Positions 54,931-64,000 of a DNA stretch of 64,000 nt are shown here, one piece after another (the first letter of the stretch is position 1; every line of letters begins with the position of its first letter). Both the position numbers and the translations under genes were made by a program. The notes beneath the pieces were generated by a model that had not been told where the DNA came from, made no database searches, and saw nothing but the letters and a program-made list of their open reading frames with translations. The stretch spans positions 32,001-96,000 of the forward strand of contig JBFMAD010000006.1 of the NCBI GenBank assembly GCA_040755855.1, in the 5' to 3' direction. The DNA comes from Planctomycetota bacterium. Its GTDB lineage: Bacteria; Planctomycetota; Brocadiia; JAADGH01.

Positions 54931-56263
54931 ATTCGCCGTTGCTCTTGAGATGCCGCGCCAGTTCCCTCGCCCGCGCGAGGGCCTCGTCGCGGGTGGTCAG
55001 TTTCTCGTCCAGTTGTTCCTCCTCGATGTTCGAGAGGATTTTGGAGAACATCGGCCCCTGCTTCAGTCCCAGAGCGATCAGGTCGTGTCCGTCAATCAGG
55101 GGCGGCGGCTTCACTCGCTCCTCGCCGAGTTCCGCCCGCTTCCGCACACAGAAATTGTAGCTCGTCAAGTCGCCGCCGCTGGCGAGGGCGTCCACGCGAT
55201 GAAGTTCCAATAGCTCCGGAAACGCGGGATGGGCCAACAGCCGCTTCAGGGTGCTGAGGCGCATGTTCTCCACGTCCTTGAAACACATGTGCCGCTTCAC
55301 CAGATAGACGATGCAGTCGCGCGACTCGTTGGACATCTTGAGCCGCCGGCAGATGTCAGAGGCAAGTTCGGCCCCCACCGCCTCGTGGCCCGGGTATCGG
55401 ATTCGGTCTTCCACCACGATCGTGCGCGGCTTCCCTATATCATGGAGCAGCACGCCCCAGGCCAGTTCGGGCGACGGGTCCTTCAGATGCGAGAGCATGA
55501 GGAGGACATGCTGGAACAGGTCGCCCTCGGGATGCAAGTTCGGCGGCTGCGCCACGCCTACCATGTCGGAGACCTCCGGCAGGATGTGGCGAAGCAGGCC
55601 GAGTTCCTCCATGAGACGAATGCCTCGCTCGCGGCCGTCGCTGACGAGGATTTTCTTCATCTCCTCTGCAATACGCTCGGCGCTGACGATCTTGATCTTC
55701 TCCGCCAGGTCGCGGATGGCCGCGGCGGTCTCCGGCTCGATGTCAAAGCCCAGCCGCGCGGCGAACCGGACGGCGCGGAGGAGGCGCAGGTGGTCCTCCG
55801 CGAAGCGATCTCGCGGGTCGCCGATGGCCCGGACGAGCCTGGCCTCAATATCGGCCCTCCCCCCCACGAGGTCAATCAGTTTGTCGGCAACGGGATCGTA
55901 GAGGAGGGCGTTGATCGTGAAGTCACGCCGGCGGACGTCCCCCTCCGCGTCGGTGAATGTCACCGTCTCCGGGCGGCGGCCGTCCACATAGTCCCCATCG
56001 GCGCGGAAGGTGGCGACCTCGATCTGCACGCCGTCTTCCACGACGATGACGACTCCGAAGTGCGCCCCGACGAGCTTGCTCGGCTTGAAGAGCGACTTCA
56101 CATCGTCCGGCGTGGCGTCGGTGGCGACGTCAATGTCGGTGGGCGGCTCGCCGCGGATCATGTCGCGCACGCCGCCGCCGACGAAGTATGCCTGGTAGCC
56201 CCGGCGCTGCAGCTTGCGCACGATCTCGGTGGCGATTCGCTCGCAGTCGGTCCTCTTCTTCAT
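54929..56263 (-). CDS. cca: CCA tRNA nucleotidyltransferase (class II) with HD domain
   Basis: VGGGVRD...DIDVAT, EVATFR, RRDFTINAL, EDHLRLLR, ERIAEE, LLHDIGK; lacks the poly(A) polymerase G[RK][RK]F motif. Confidence 0.88.
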   Translation of the reverse strand: MKKRTDCERIATEIVRKLQRRGYQAYFVGGGVRDMIRGEPPTDIDVATDATPDDVKSLFKPSKLVGAHFGVVIVVEDGVQIEVATFRADGDYVDGRRPETVTFTDAEGDVRRRDFTINALLYDPVADKLIDLVGGRADIEARLVRAIGDPRDRFAEDHLRLLRAVRFAARLGFDIEPETAAAIRDLAEKIKIVSAERIAEEMKKILVSDGRERGIRLMEELGLLRHILPEVSDMVGVAQPPNLHPEGDLFQHVLLMLSHLKDPSPELAWGVLLHDIGKPRTIVVEDRIRYPGHEAVGAELASDICRRLKMSNESRDCIVYLVKRHMCFKDVENMRLSTLKRLLAHPAFPELLELHRVDALASGGDLTSYNFCVRKRAELGEERVKPPPLIDGHDLIALGLKQGPMFSKILSNIEEEQLDEKLTTRDEALARARELARHLKSNGE

Positions 56264-57687
56264 GCTTCTCTTGTCTTGTCGGAGACCTGGCGCTTGATCT
56301 CGCGGACCAGTTGCTTGAACTGGCGGCCTCGATCTACGAAATTGCGAAACATGTCGTAGCTGGCGCAGCCCGTGGAGAGGAGGACCGCATCGCCGCTCTT
56401 CGCCTCCTCGAAGGCGCACCAGACGGCCTCCGGAAATGTCGTCTCGTGATACATCGAGGGGGTTTCGGTGCTGTGCCTATGCTCCTCCACGAGGGCGCCG
56501 ATCTTCTCGGCGGTCTTTCCGATGAGGATGACGCACTTCACCCGCTCGGCGATCTTTTTCGCAAAGGCGCCGAAGGGCGACCCTTTGTCGTATCCGCCCG
56601 CAATCAGGACGATGGGCCGGTCTATGGCATCGAGGGCCGCGATGGCCGATTCCGGGGTGGTGGCAATGGAGTCGTTATAGAACCGAACGTCGTTGATCTC
56701 TTCAAAGAATTCAAGGCGGTGCTCCAACCCCTTGAATTCCCCGGCTGCGGCTTCGATCTGTTCCCGCTTCGCCCCCGCCGCGCGGGCTGCGATAGCCGCC
56801 GCTGCGATGTTCTGGCGATTGTGCTTCCCCGGAATCTGAACGCCTCGCAGGGAGACGACCTCCTCGCGCTTCCCGGCGCGAAGGATCAATTCGTCGCCGC
56901 GGACAAACGCCCCCTCCTCGACTTCCTCCTCCACGCTGAAGAACAACGGGCGGCTCTTCAGGCCCTTATCCGCCCAGGCGCGCAGCTCCGGATCGTCCCA
57001 GTTCAGGATCGCAAAGTCGCCATTCTTCTGGTTGACGACGATCCCCTTCTTCGCCGCGATGTATTCGTCCATCGTGCCGTGGCGGTCGAGGTGATTCGGC
57101 GCGATGTTGGTCACGACGGCCACATGGGGGCTGCGGCCGATCTGCTGGAGGTCCTCGAGTTGGAAGCTGGACAGCTCGAGCACGACCATGTCCTCCTCTG
57201 CGATCTTGTGCGCCTCGGGCAGCAGGGCCTGGCCGATGTTTCCGCCGAGCCATACCGTCCGCTTCCCCTTGGACAGCATGGCATGTACCAGGGCGGTGGT
57301 GGTGGATTTGCCATTCGACCCCGTGATTCCCACAATGGGCGCCGGGCAGAGTTGGAAAAAGATATTCATTTCTGCGAAAAGTGGGACCCCGTGCTCGCGC
57401 GCCAGCCGCAGGTATGGAGAGGTCTTCGGCACCGCCGGGTTGACCACCACGAGGTCCACCTTCGTGAAATCCTGCTCGCGGTGCCCGCCCAGGTGGAGCG
57501 AGACGGGGAGTCCCTTGAGCTTCTCGATGGATTCCTTGAGATCGGCCGAGGCCTTCAGGTCCGTAACAATAACTTCCGCCCCCTGGTCCACGAGAAACCG
57601 CGTCACGCCCACGCCGCCCTCGAAGAGGCCCAGCCCCATGACGGTGACCTTCTTTCCCCGGAAAAAGTCGCGCGTTATCTCCTGCAT
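56260..57687 (-). CDS. murD: UDP-N-acetylmuramoyl-L-alanine--D-glutamate ligase
   Basis: GLGLFEGG, GITGSNGKSTT, GGNIG, ELSSFQL, NHLDRH, EHRLE, NDSIAT, GGYDK. Confidence 0.95.
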   Translation of the reverse strand: MQEITRDFFRGKKVTVMGLGLFEGGVGVTRFLVDQGAEVIVTDLKASADLKESIEKLKGLPVSLHLGGHREQDFTKVDLVVVNPAVPKTSPYLRLAREHGVPLFAEMNIFFQLCPAPIVGITGSNGKSTTTALVHAMLSKGKRTVWLGGNIGQALLPEAHKIAEEDMVVLELSSFQLEDLQQIGRSPHVAVVTNIAPNHLDRHGTMDEYIAAKKGIVVNQKNGDFAILNWDDPELRAWADKGLKSRPLFFSVEEEVEEGAFVRGDELILRAGKREEVVSLRGVQIPGKHNRQNIAAAAIAARAAGAKREQIEAAAGEFKGLEHRLEFFEEINDVRFYNDSIATTPESAIAALDAIDRPIVLIAGGYDKGSPFGAFAKKIAERVKCVILIGKTAEKIGALVEEHRHSTETPSMYHETTFPEAVWCAFEEAKSGDAVLLSTGCASYDMFRNFVDRGRQFKQLVREIKRQVSDKTREA

Positions 57688-58631
57688 CGCCCGAATCTCA
57701 CCGCGTTGATTTGGTCGTTCAGCTCCCGCGTCGCCTCGGCTGCAGCCTCTTGCCACTTGGCCTCGCCGAATCGCTGTTTGTATGGTTCCGATTGATAGGC
57801 ATAGTCAATGGACCTCGCCGCGGCGATCAGCGCGCCGTGACCGTTTCCATCGAAGCACTCGCCGAGCGTCGTCACGTCGCCCTCCTGCGCGCCGACGCCG
57901 GGCATGAGGAAGATGGTCCTCGGAAGAATCGCCCGGAGGCGTCGTGCGTCGTCGGGATATGTGGCGCCGACGACCGCCCCCACTGAACTGTATCCGCGCC
58001 TTCCGAGGAGCGGTTCGCCCCATCGGCCCACAAGGTCGGCCATGATTTCATAAATCCTTTTGCCGCCGGAGGTTATATCCTGTAGGTCGGCGGCGGATGG
58101 GTTCGATGTTCGAACCAGAATGAACATCCCCCTGCCGCGTTTTGCCGCCACGTCGAGGAACGGTTTGACGCCGTCGCTGCCCAGGTAGGCGTTCACAGTG
58201 ACGGCGTCGAGGCCGATGGGTTCGCTCTCCTTTCCCTTCCAGGCCACCGTCCCCATGAGGCCGTCGGCGTAGGCCTGGACGGTGGAGCCGATGTCGCTGC
58301 GCTTGACGTCCCCGATGACGATGAGACCTTTCGCTTTTGCGTATTTTACCGTCTCGCAAAATGCGCGGAACCCCTGCCAGCCGAAGCGCTCGTAGTAGGC
58401 TACTTGCGGCTTGACCGCGGGAACGAGGTCGGCGATCGCGTCTATCAAGTCCTTGCCGAACTGCTCAATCGCCGCGGCGCATGCTTCGAGCGAATCCTTT
58501 GCGCCGCCGGACGCCTTCCCTTTAATGAGATTCGGGATCAGATCAATGCGCGGATCAATCCCCACGACGAGGCAACTATTCTTCTTTTCGACCTCGCCGA
58601 TAAGCCGGTCGGCGAAATTCTGCGCGCTCAT
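57675..58631 (-). CDS. pyrF: Orotidine-5'-phosphate decarboxylase
   Basis: VGIDP, KPQVAYYE, DVKRSDIGST, RTSNP, GAVVGAT, PGVGAQ. Confidence 0.95.
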   Translation of the reverse strand: MSAQNFADRLIGEVEKKNSCLVVGIDPRIDLIPNLIKGKASGGAKDSLEACAAAIEQFGKDLIDAIADLVPAVKPQVAYYERFGWQGFRAFCETVKYAKAKGLIVIGDVKRSDIGSTVQAYADGLMGTVAWKGKESEPIGLDAVTVNAYLGSDGVKPFLDVAAKRGRGMFILVRTSNPSAADLQDITSGGKRIYEIMADLVGRWGEPLLGRRGYSSVGAVVGATYPDDARRLRAILPRTIFLMPGVGAQEGDVTTLGECFDGNGHGALIAAARSIDYAYQSEPYKQRFGEAKWQEAAAEATRELNDQINAVRFGRCRR

Positions 58632-58633
58632 CG

Positions 58634-59209
58634 TCAAGCTTTCATCTCCAGAAAATTCTTCAACAGCTTCGGCCCCTCATCGGTGAGAAAGGACTCGGGA
58701 TGGAATTGCACCCCTTCAAGGGGGAATGTCTTATGCCGCATGCCCATGAGTTCGTCCTGGTTGTCGGCGACGCGGGCGGTGGCGACGAATCCCTCCGGCA
58801 TGGCGTCCTCGGGAACGATCAGCGAGTGATATCGCGTCGCCTCGAACGGATTGGCCAGTCCCTTGAAGATGGTCTTGCCGTCGTGTTGGATCATGGACGT
58901 CTTCCCGTGCATCAGGCGCTTCGCCCGAACGACCTTCCCCCCGAAGGCGTGGGACATGCACTGGTGCCCCAGGCAGACCCCGAGGATGGGGACCTTCCCC
59001 GCGAAGTGTCGGATCACGTCGTTCGAGATGCCGGACTCGAGCGGCGTGCACGGGCCGGGCGAGATGATGATATGGTCCGGCCTGCGCGCCTCGATCTCTT
59101 CGACGGTGATCTTGTCATTCCGATACACCTCCAGCGTCGCCCCCAACTCCCCGAGGCGCTGGACGAGGTTGTAGGTGAACGAATCGTAGTTATCAATCAC
59201 CAGGATCAT
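58634..59209 (-). CDS. trpG: Anthranilate/aminodeoxychorismate synthase component II (TrpG/PabA)
   Basis: IDNYDSFTYNL, SPGP, GVCLGHQ, RYHSL, QFHPES; trpG versus pabA role cannot be separated. Confidence 0.92.
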   Translation of the reverse strand: MILVIDNYDSFTYNLVQRLGELGATLEVYRNDKITVEEIEARRPDHIIISPGPCTPLESGISNDVIRHFAGKVPILGVCLGHQCMSHAFGGKVVRAKRLMHGKTSMIQHDGKTIFKGLANPFEATRYHSLIVPEDAMPEGFVATARVADNQDELMGMRHKTFPLEGVQFHPESFLTDEGPKLLKNFLEMKA

Positions 59210-59324
59210 AAGCCTACCTCAACGTCAGGTTGGTTTCATGATTGCGGCCGATCAGGATTAGTCATTCGCGGCGAAACAGCCACGAGCGTCTTTCCTTTTT
59301 GGCATACGCCATGCCCGAATCTCC

Positions 59325-60824
59325 TTATTCCCGAACCGCTTTCAGAGCGGGATAGAGCCTCTCGTAGGCCTTCACCTTCTCGTCGTAAGCCTTTGCCACC
59401 TGCGGCCTTGGGAGAAATACCTTTTCGGGTTTCACAATGCCTTTCACCGCGTCCGGGAACGACCTGAATTCCCCGATGGCCACGCCAGCCGAGAGCGCCA
59501 CGCCGAGGCACGCCGCCTCCGTCACGCTCAGGCGAACGACCTTCGTGTTGAACATGTCGGCCTTGAGCTGGAGCCACTTCGCCGACTTCGCGCCGCCGCC
59601 GATGGCGCGAATCTCGTTCACCTCGATCCCCGCCTTGCGCAAGAGCATGAGGTTCAGCTTGATCTCATAGGTGATCCCCTCGAGCACGGCCTTGACGATC
59701 TGCTCCTTCGTCGTCTTCAGGTTCAGGCCGATGATCGCGCCCGTCGGGTCGGGGTCCATGTACGGCGTGCCCGTCGAGGTGAAGTGCGGGACGACAAACA
59801 GGTCCGTCGGCCCGTCGTGCATCCGGGCTATCAGGATGTCATAGACATCCACCCCTTTCTTCTTTGCCTCGCGCTTCTCCTCCTCGGCAAAGGTGTCGCG
59901 GACCCATTTCAGGAGCGATCCGCCGGTGAAGTTGAAAGCGAGCGTCACATAGAGCCCCGGCGCAACGTGGTGGTAGCAGCAGAAGTTGTTCTTGAGCATG
60001 GTCCGGTTCAGGACCGGCTTGGCGAAGGAGGGGGTCACGCACTCGACCGTGCCCGTTGCGTCCATGGCGATGCCGCCCTTGATGATGCCGGCGCCCGCCG
60101 CGCCCGCCGGCTGGTCGTGCCCGCCGGTAACGACCTTGCACCCCTTCGGCAGGCCGGTCTCCTTCGACGCCCTTATCCCGATCTCTCCGACCACCGTCCC
60201 GGATGGGGCGACCGCAGCGAGGAGGTCGAGGTCAATGCCCGTCAGCCTGCCGATCTTCTCCGACCACGCGCACCGCTTGATGTCGAAGGCCATCGTCCGA
60301 GCGGCGAGGGAGTAATCTATTGTCGGCGGAAGGCCCATCATATGGATGGCCAGGTCTTCCCAGCAGAGATACTTGCGGGCCGCCTTAAATACCGTAGGCT
60401 GCTCGTGTTTCGCCCACATGAGTTTCAGGATCGAGTAGATATGGCTCGGCGAGTGGCCGGTAATCTTGAAGACCTCCATCGGGGCCACCTTCGCCATCCA
60501 TGCCTTCGACTGGGCGGCGTTGCGTGTCTCGAAGCCGATGATCGTGGGACCGATGAACCTGCCGTTCCTGTCAATGGGCGTCACGGCCTCGCCGAGGCAG
60601 GAGATTGAAATCGCCTTGACGGGATCGCCCTTCGCCTTGCCCACGGCCTCTTTGATGGCCGCGGCGACCTTGGTCCAGACGTCCTTTGGGTTAAGCTCCA
60701 TCCATCCGGGGTGGGGGGAGTGCAGGTTGTACTCCCGGTAGGCGGAGCTGAGGATTCTTCCATCCAGGCCGAACACGATCGCCTTCGTACCGGTGGTGCC
60801 GATATCCAGGCCCATCAGACTCAT
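59325..60824 (-). CDS. FGGY-family carbohydrate kinase (xylulokinase-like)
   Basis: GLDIGTTGTKA, GGHDQ, GGGAKS...WLQLKAD. Confidence 0.92.
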   Translation of the reverse strand: MSLMGLDIGTTGTKAIVFGLDGRILSSAYREYNLHSPHPGWMELNPKDVWTKVAAAIKEAVGKAKGDPVKAISISCLGEAVTPIDRNGRFIGPTIIGFETRNAAQSKAWMAKVAPMEVFKITGHSPSHIYSILKLMWAKHEQPTVFKAARKYLCWEDLAIHMMGLPPTIDYSLAARTMAFDIKRCAWSEKIGRLTGIDLDLLAAVAPSGTVVGEIGIRASKETGLPKGCKVVTGGHDQPAGAAGAGIIKGGIAMDATGTVECVTPSFAKPVLNRTMLKNNFCCYHHVAPGLYVTLAFNFTGGSLLKWVRDTFAEEEKREAKKKGVDVYDILIARMHDGPTDLFVVPHFTSTGTPYMDPDPTGAIIGLNLKTTKEQIVKAVLEGITYEIKLNLMLLRKAGIEVNEIRAIGGGAKSAKWLQLKADMFNTKVVRLSVTEAACLGVALSAGVAIGEFRSFPDAVKGIVKPEKVFLPRPQVAKAYDEKVKAYERLYPALKAVRE

Positions 60825-60979
60825 GGTGTTCCTCCTTTGAGCGTAATTTGCGCCGACGCATGGAGTTTATCAGACAGGCGCAGAATGTTCAATCAAATTA
60901 TGGCATGAGCCGTGTCTTCGGGTTATAATGCCGACCCAGGAGACCAGGAGAGGAAACCGCGAATTGGAAAGGAACGATC

Positions 60980-62668
60980 ATGGGTCGAAGAAATGCGACG
61001 CTATGGGTTATTCTTGCCGCGTTTGCTCTTGCGTCATGCGAGGATGAAAAGATGGCGACCTACCCGGACCGGTGGGTGTATGTGGCGCGCAACCTGACGA
61101 AAGACGAGCACGTGGGCGACATCCGGCAGATCGCGCAGACCGCGCGGACGCACAGTCTGAACGGCATGCTCCTGGCCGCCGGGCTGGAAGGCGTGGCCCA
61201 TTGGGACGAGAAGCGGCTGGCGCGACTCGAAGATGTCAAGGCCATCTGCAGAGAGAACAAGATCGAAATCATCCCGATCATCTGGTCGGTGGGTTATGGC
61301 TCCGGCCTCGGCGCGAATCGCAACCTCGCGGCGGGGCTGCCCTGCACGAACGTGCCGTTCGTCGTGAAGGGCAAGGAGGCCCGCCTCGCGCCGGACGCGA
61401 ATGTAAAGATCGGCAATGGAGGATTCGAGGAGTTCCAGGATAATCGGATGAAGGACTATGCCTTCCACGACAAGCCGGGCGAAGTGTCGTTTGCGGATAC
61501 TGCTATCCGCAAGAGCGGAAAGGCGTCGCTGCGATTTGAGAATTTCGGCAAGTTCGAGCACGGCCATGGGCGGGTCATGCAAGAGGTGAGCGTCAAACCT
61601 CGTCGGCAGTATCGCGTCACGTGTTGGATCAAGACGGAGGCCCTCGAACCGACAAGCGCGTTCAAGATTCAGATCTACGGGCCCAAGGACTGCATTGCCC
61701 CCACAGAGTTCGACATTCCGACCACAACCGATTGGCGCGTGGTGTCGCTGGTCTTCAACAGCCTACAACATGACAAAGTGAAGATTTACGCTGGGCTATG
61801 GGGAGGCAAGGCAGGCAGGATATGGTTCGACGATCTCACGATTGAGGAACTGGCCCTGGTCAACGTCCTCCGTCGGCCCGGCACACCGATTACAGTACAG
61901 AGCGACGATGGCAAAACCATCTACGAGGAAGGCAAAGACTACGAACGGATTGAGGACCCGAAACTCAACTTCTCGCACCCGCCCAAGGATGGTTTGCCGA
62001 TCACGCTCACGGCCAACAGCCGGATCAAGGACGGTCAACGCCTGCTCGTCAGTTACTATCACGGCGCCGCCATCAACCGTGGCCAGGTGAGCGTCTGCAT
62101 GTCGGAGCCGGAGCTTTACGCCTACTGGCGCGAGTCGGCGGCCGCGATCAAAAAGCACCTGAACCCCGACAAGTGGTTCCTGAGCATGGACGAGATCCGC
62201 GCCGGCGGGTCGTGCCGGGCCTGCAAGGCGCGGAAGATGAGCATGGGGCAGATCCTCGGCGACTGCATTACGATGCAGATGCAGATCATCCGCGACGTCA
62301 ATCCAAAGGCAAAGGTCTATATCTGGTCGGACATGCTCGACCCGAACCACAACGCGCACGGCAACTACTACCTCGTCGAGGGCGACTTCACCGGCTCGTG
62401 GGAGCACGTCCCGAAGGACCTGATCATCTGCTGCTGGTATTTCAAGAAGCGCGAGGAGAGCATGAAGTTTTTCTCCGGCCTCGGCTTCGCGACGCTGGCC
62501 GGGGCCTACTATGATGGGGACGATCTGGAGAACATCAAGGGGTGGATCTCGACAATCAACCACACGCCCAAGTGCCGGGGCATCATGTACACCTCGTGGC
62601 GGAACAAGTATGCGCTCCTGCCGGACTTCGGCGACGCGGTGGCGCACGATGCGAAGCCGATGAAATAG
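60980..62668 (+). CDS. Lipoprotein with CBM-like insert and GH20-like catalytic region
   Basis: Lipobox LASC; NGGFE...WFDDL CBM-like segment; FLSMDEIR and IWSDML. Confidence 0.6.
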   Translation: MGRRNATLWVILAAFALASCEDEKMATYPDRWVYVARNLTKDEHVGDIRQIAQTARTHSLNGMLLAAGLEGVAHWDEKRLARLEDVKAICRENKIEIIPIIWSVGYGSGLGANRNLAAGLPCTNVPFVVKGKEARLAPDANVKIGNGGFEEFQDNRMKDYAFHDKPGEVSFADTAIRKSGKASLRFENFGKFEHGHGRVMQEVSVKPRRQYRVTCWIKTEALEPTSAFKIQIYGPKDCIAPTEFDIPTTTDWRVVSLVFNSLQHDKVKIYAGLWGGKAGRIWFDDLTIEELALVNVLRRPGTPITVQSDDGKTIYEEGKDYERIEDPKLNFSHPPKDGLPITLTANSRIKDGQRLLVSYYHGAAINRGQVSVCMSEPELYAYWRESAAAIKKHLNPDKWFLSMDEIRAGGSCRACKARKMSMGQILGDCITMQMQIIRDVNPKAKVYIWSDMLDPNHNAHGNYYLVEGDFTGSWEHVPKDLIICCWYFKKREESMKFFSGLGFATLAGAYYDGDDLENIKGWISTINHTPKCRGIMYTSWRNKYALLPDFGDAVAHDAKPMK

Positions 62669-62774
62669 GGCAGAATCTCTTTGACATCGAGGACCAAATG
62701 AATAGAATGATGCGCCAACACGTATAGCCCGATGAGTGAACCCGGCAACGCGATTCAATGGAAAGGAGAAGACC

Positions 62775-63458
62775 ATGTCGAGGCCCATCCCACCGCCCGG
62801 CTATCCGCCGATGATGCAGGAACCTGAACCGAGACAGGGACGCGGTTGCTTCTTCTACGGTTGTCTGACCGTCGTAGTCCTGTTGCTGCTTCTCGTGGCC
62901 ATCGTGGGCGGCACAGCGTACTGGGGGTACAAGAAGCTGCTCTCGTACACCTCCGACAAGCCGATGGAGATACCGACCATCGAGGCGACCGCGGCCGACT
63001 ACGAGGCCCTCAAGGCCCGCATCGACGCCTTTACGAAGGCCGCCGACCAGGTACAGCAGGCGGAGATTGAACTGACGGCCACGGACATCAACACCCTTAT
63101 CGCACACGACCCGGAGTGGAAGGAAGTCCACGGCAAGGCGTACGTGAAGATTGAGGGCGACGAGATGAAGGCCGACGCCAGCATCCCCCTCGGTGAAATC
63201 CCCGGCTTCAAGGGGCGATACCTGAATGGAACGCTTGGCATCAACGTGTCACTCCAGGATGGTGAACTGGAGGTCAAGCCCAAGACGCTTGTCGTGAAGG
63301 ACAAGTCCGTGCCGAAGCAGATCATGGATCAGCTTCGCCAGCAGAACTGGGCCGACGAGACCAACCAGGACGATGACGCGATGAAGGTCATCCGAAAACT
63401 CGAGAGCATCGAGATCAAGGACGGCAAGATCAAGGTAAAGTCCCGAGGCAAAGAGTAA
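62775..63458 (+). CDS. Membrane-anchored hypothetical protein
   Basis: AAAGGAG RBS; GCFFYGCL plus TM helix; upstream TTGACA-16-TAGAAT at 62681-62708. Confidence 0.75.
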   Translation: MSRPIPPPGYPPMMQEPEPRQGRGCFFYGCLTVVVLLLLLVAIVGGTAYWGYKKLLSYTSDKPMEIPTIEATAADYEALKARIDAFTKAADQVQQAEIELTATDINTLIAHDPEWKEVHGKAYVKIEGDEMKADASIPLGEIPGFKGRYLNGTLGINVSLQDGELEVKPKTLVVKDKSVPKQIMDQLRQQNWADETNQDDDAMKVIRKLESIEIKDGKIKVKSRGKE

Positions 63459-63482
63459 GAGGCTCCCGGAGGGAGAAACCCA

Positions 63483-64000
63483 ATGGCAGTCGTCCCGATC
63501 GTCCCATTCCAGCATTTCTTCTGCCATGATGAAGTCACCGACATCGTCACCCGGCTCGCCAGTTCGCGGCCGAACCTCTGCCGGCTTGGTTCCCTCGGCA
63601 GGTCGCGTGAGGGACGGGAGATCCATCTCCTTACCATCACCGACTACGACACGGGCAGGCCGGAGGACAAGCCGGCCTACCTGATCCACGGCAACATCCA
63701 CGCCGCGGAACTCTCCGGCACGCACGCGGCGCTCTACACCGCCCGGCAGCTCCTGGCCGACTATCCGAAGTCGGACATCCTCAAGCGGGTTGTGTTCCAT
63801 GTCGTCCCCCGGCTCAACCCCGACGGCGCGGAGTTCGTGGTGAAGACCTCCGGCTCCATCCGCAGCCGGACCGATCGCTCCGAGCGCGAGCCGAACACAC
63901 TCTACCAGGAGGACGTGAACGGCGACGGCCTGATCCTCACGATGCGGCAGGAGCACCCGGACGGGCCCTTCGTCGCCGACCCGAAGGACAAGCGGCTCCT
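63483..64000 (+). CDS. M14 zinc carboxypeptidase (3' truncated by window)
   Basis: Absent from the ORF track; translates to LGRSREGREI...DKPAYLIHGNIHAAELSG (HxxE)...VPRLNPDGAE. Confidence 0.9.
   Translation, partial: MAVVPIVPFQHFFCHDEVTDIVTRLASSRPNLCRLGSLGRSREGREIHLLTITDYDTGRPEDKPAYLIHGNIHAAELSGTHAALYTARQLLADYPKSDILKRVVFHVVPRLNPDGAEFVVKTSGSIRSRTDRSEREPNTLYQEDVNGDGLILTMRQEHPDGPFVADPKDKRL

Noticed and set aside
54929..56263. Poly(A) polymerase (pcnB) call
   Set aside because: LVGAHFG replaces the PAP-specific G[RK][RK]F motif and an HD domain is present
59300..59316. GG-N10-GC pattern on both strands (GGCATACGCCATGCC)
   Set aside because: Lacks TTGC, no enhancer seen; explained as a short palindrome
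63249..63956. 235-aa minus-strand ORF
   Set aside because: Antisense to the truncated M14 peptidase on the plus strand

Overview
GC-rich bacterial chromosomal segment of about 54 CDSs. No rRNA, tRNA, CRISPR array or transposase was recognised. Many secreted carbohydrate-active or unknown proteins, a sulfatase, scattered orphan pilin-like genes and a stand-alone murD suggest a Planctomycetota/PVC-type organism (inference). Housekeeping genes form a trpG/pabA-pyrF-murD-cca cluster beside an FGGY kinase. Most notable: (1) a complete cobalamin-riboswitch-controlled RiPP-like unit at 46.6-48.4 kb (promoter, riboswitch, attenuator, 39-aa CbpA-type peptide, CbpB-type radical SAM/SPASM enzyme) with no adjacent transporter; (2) two convergent genes at 6.4-8.6 kb sharing an identical 15-bp upstream palindrome at almost the same distance from sigma54-like promoters; (3) an RsbW-STAS fusion with an internal RBS and ATG; (4) a 33-bp nested palindrome read in frame inside a beta-helix enzyme gene; (5) a family of GspG-like pilins sharing a YDCHxPEG motif; (6) two TA-like modules, a secreted VIT-vWA/DUF6569 pair and twin small membrane paralogs. 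All family calls come from motif recognition by eye, not database searches. Start codons were adjusted from the ORF track using RBS position, gene overlaps and signal peptides.
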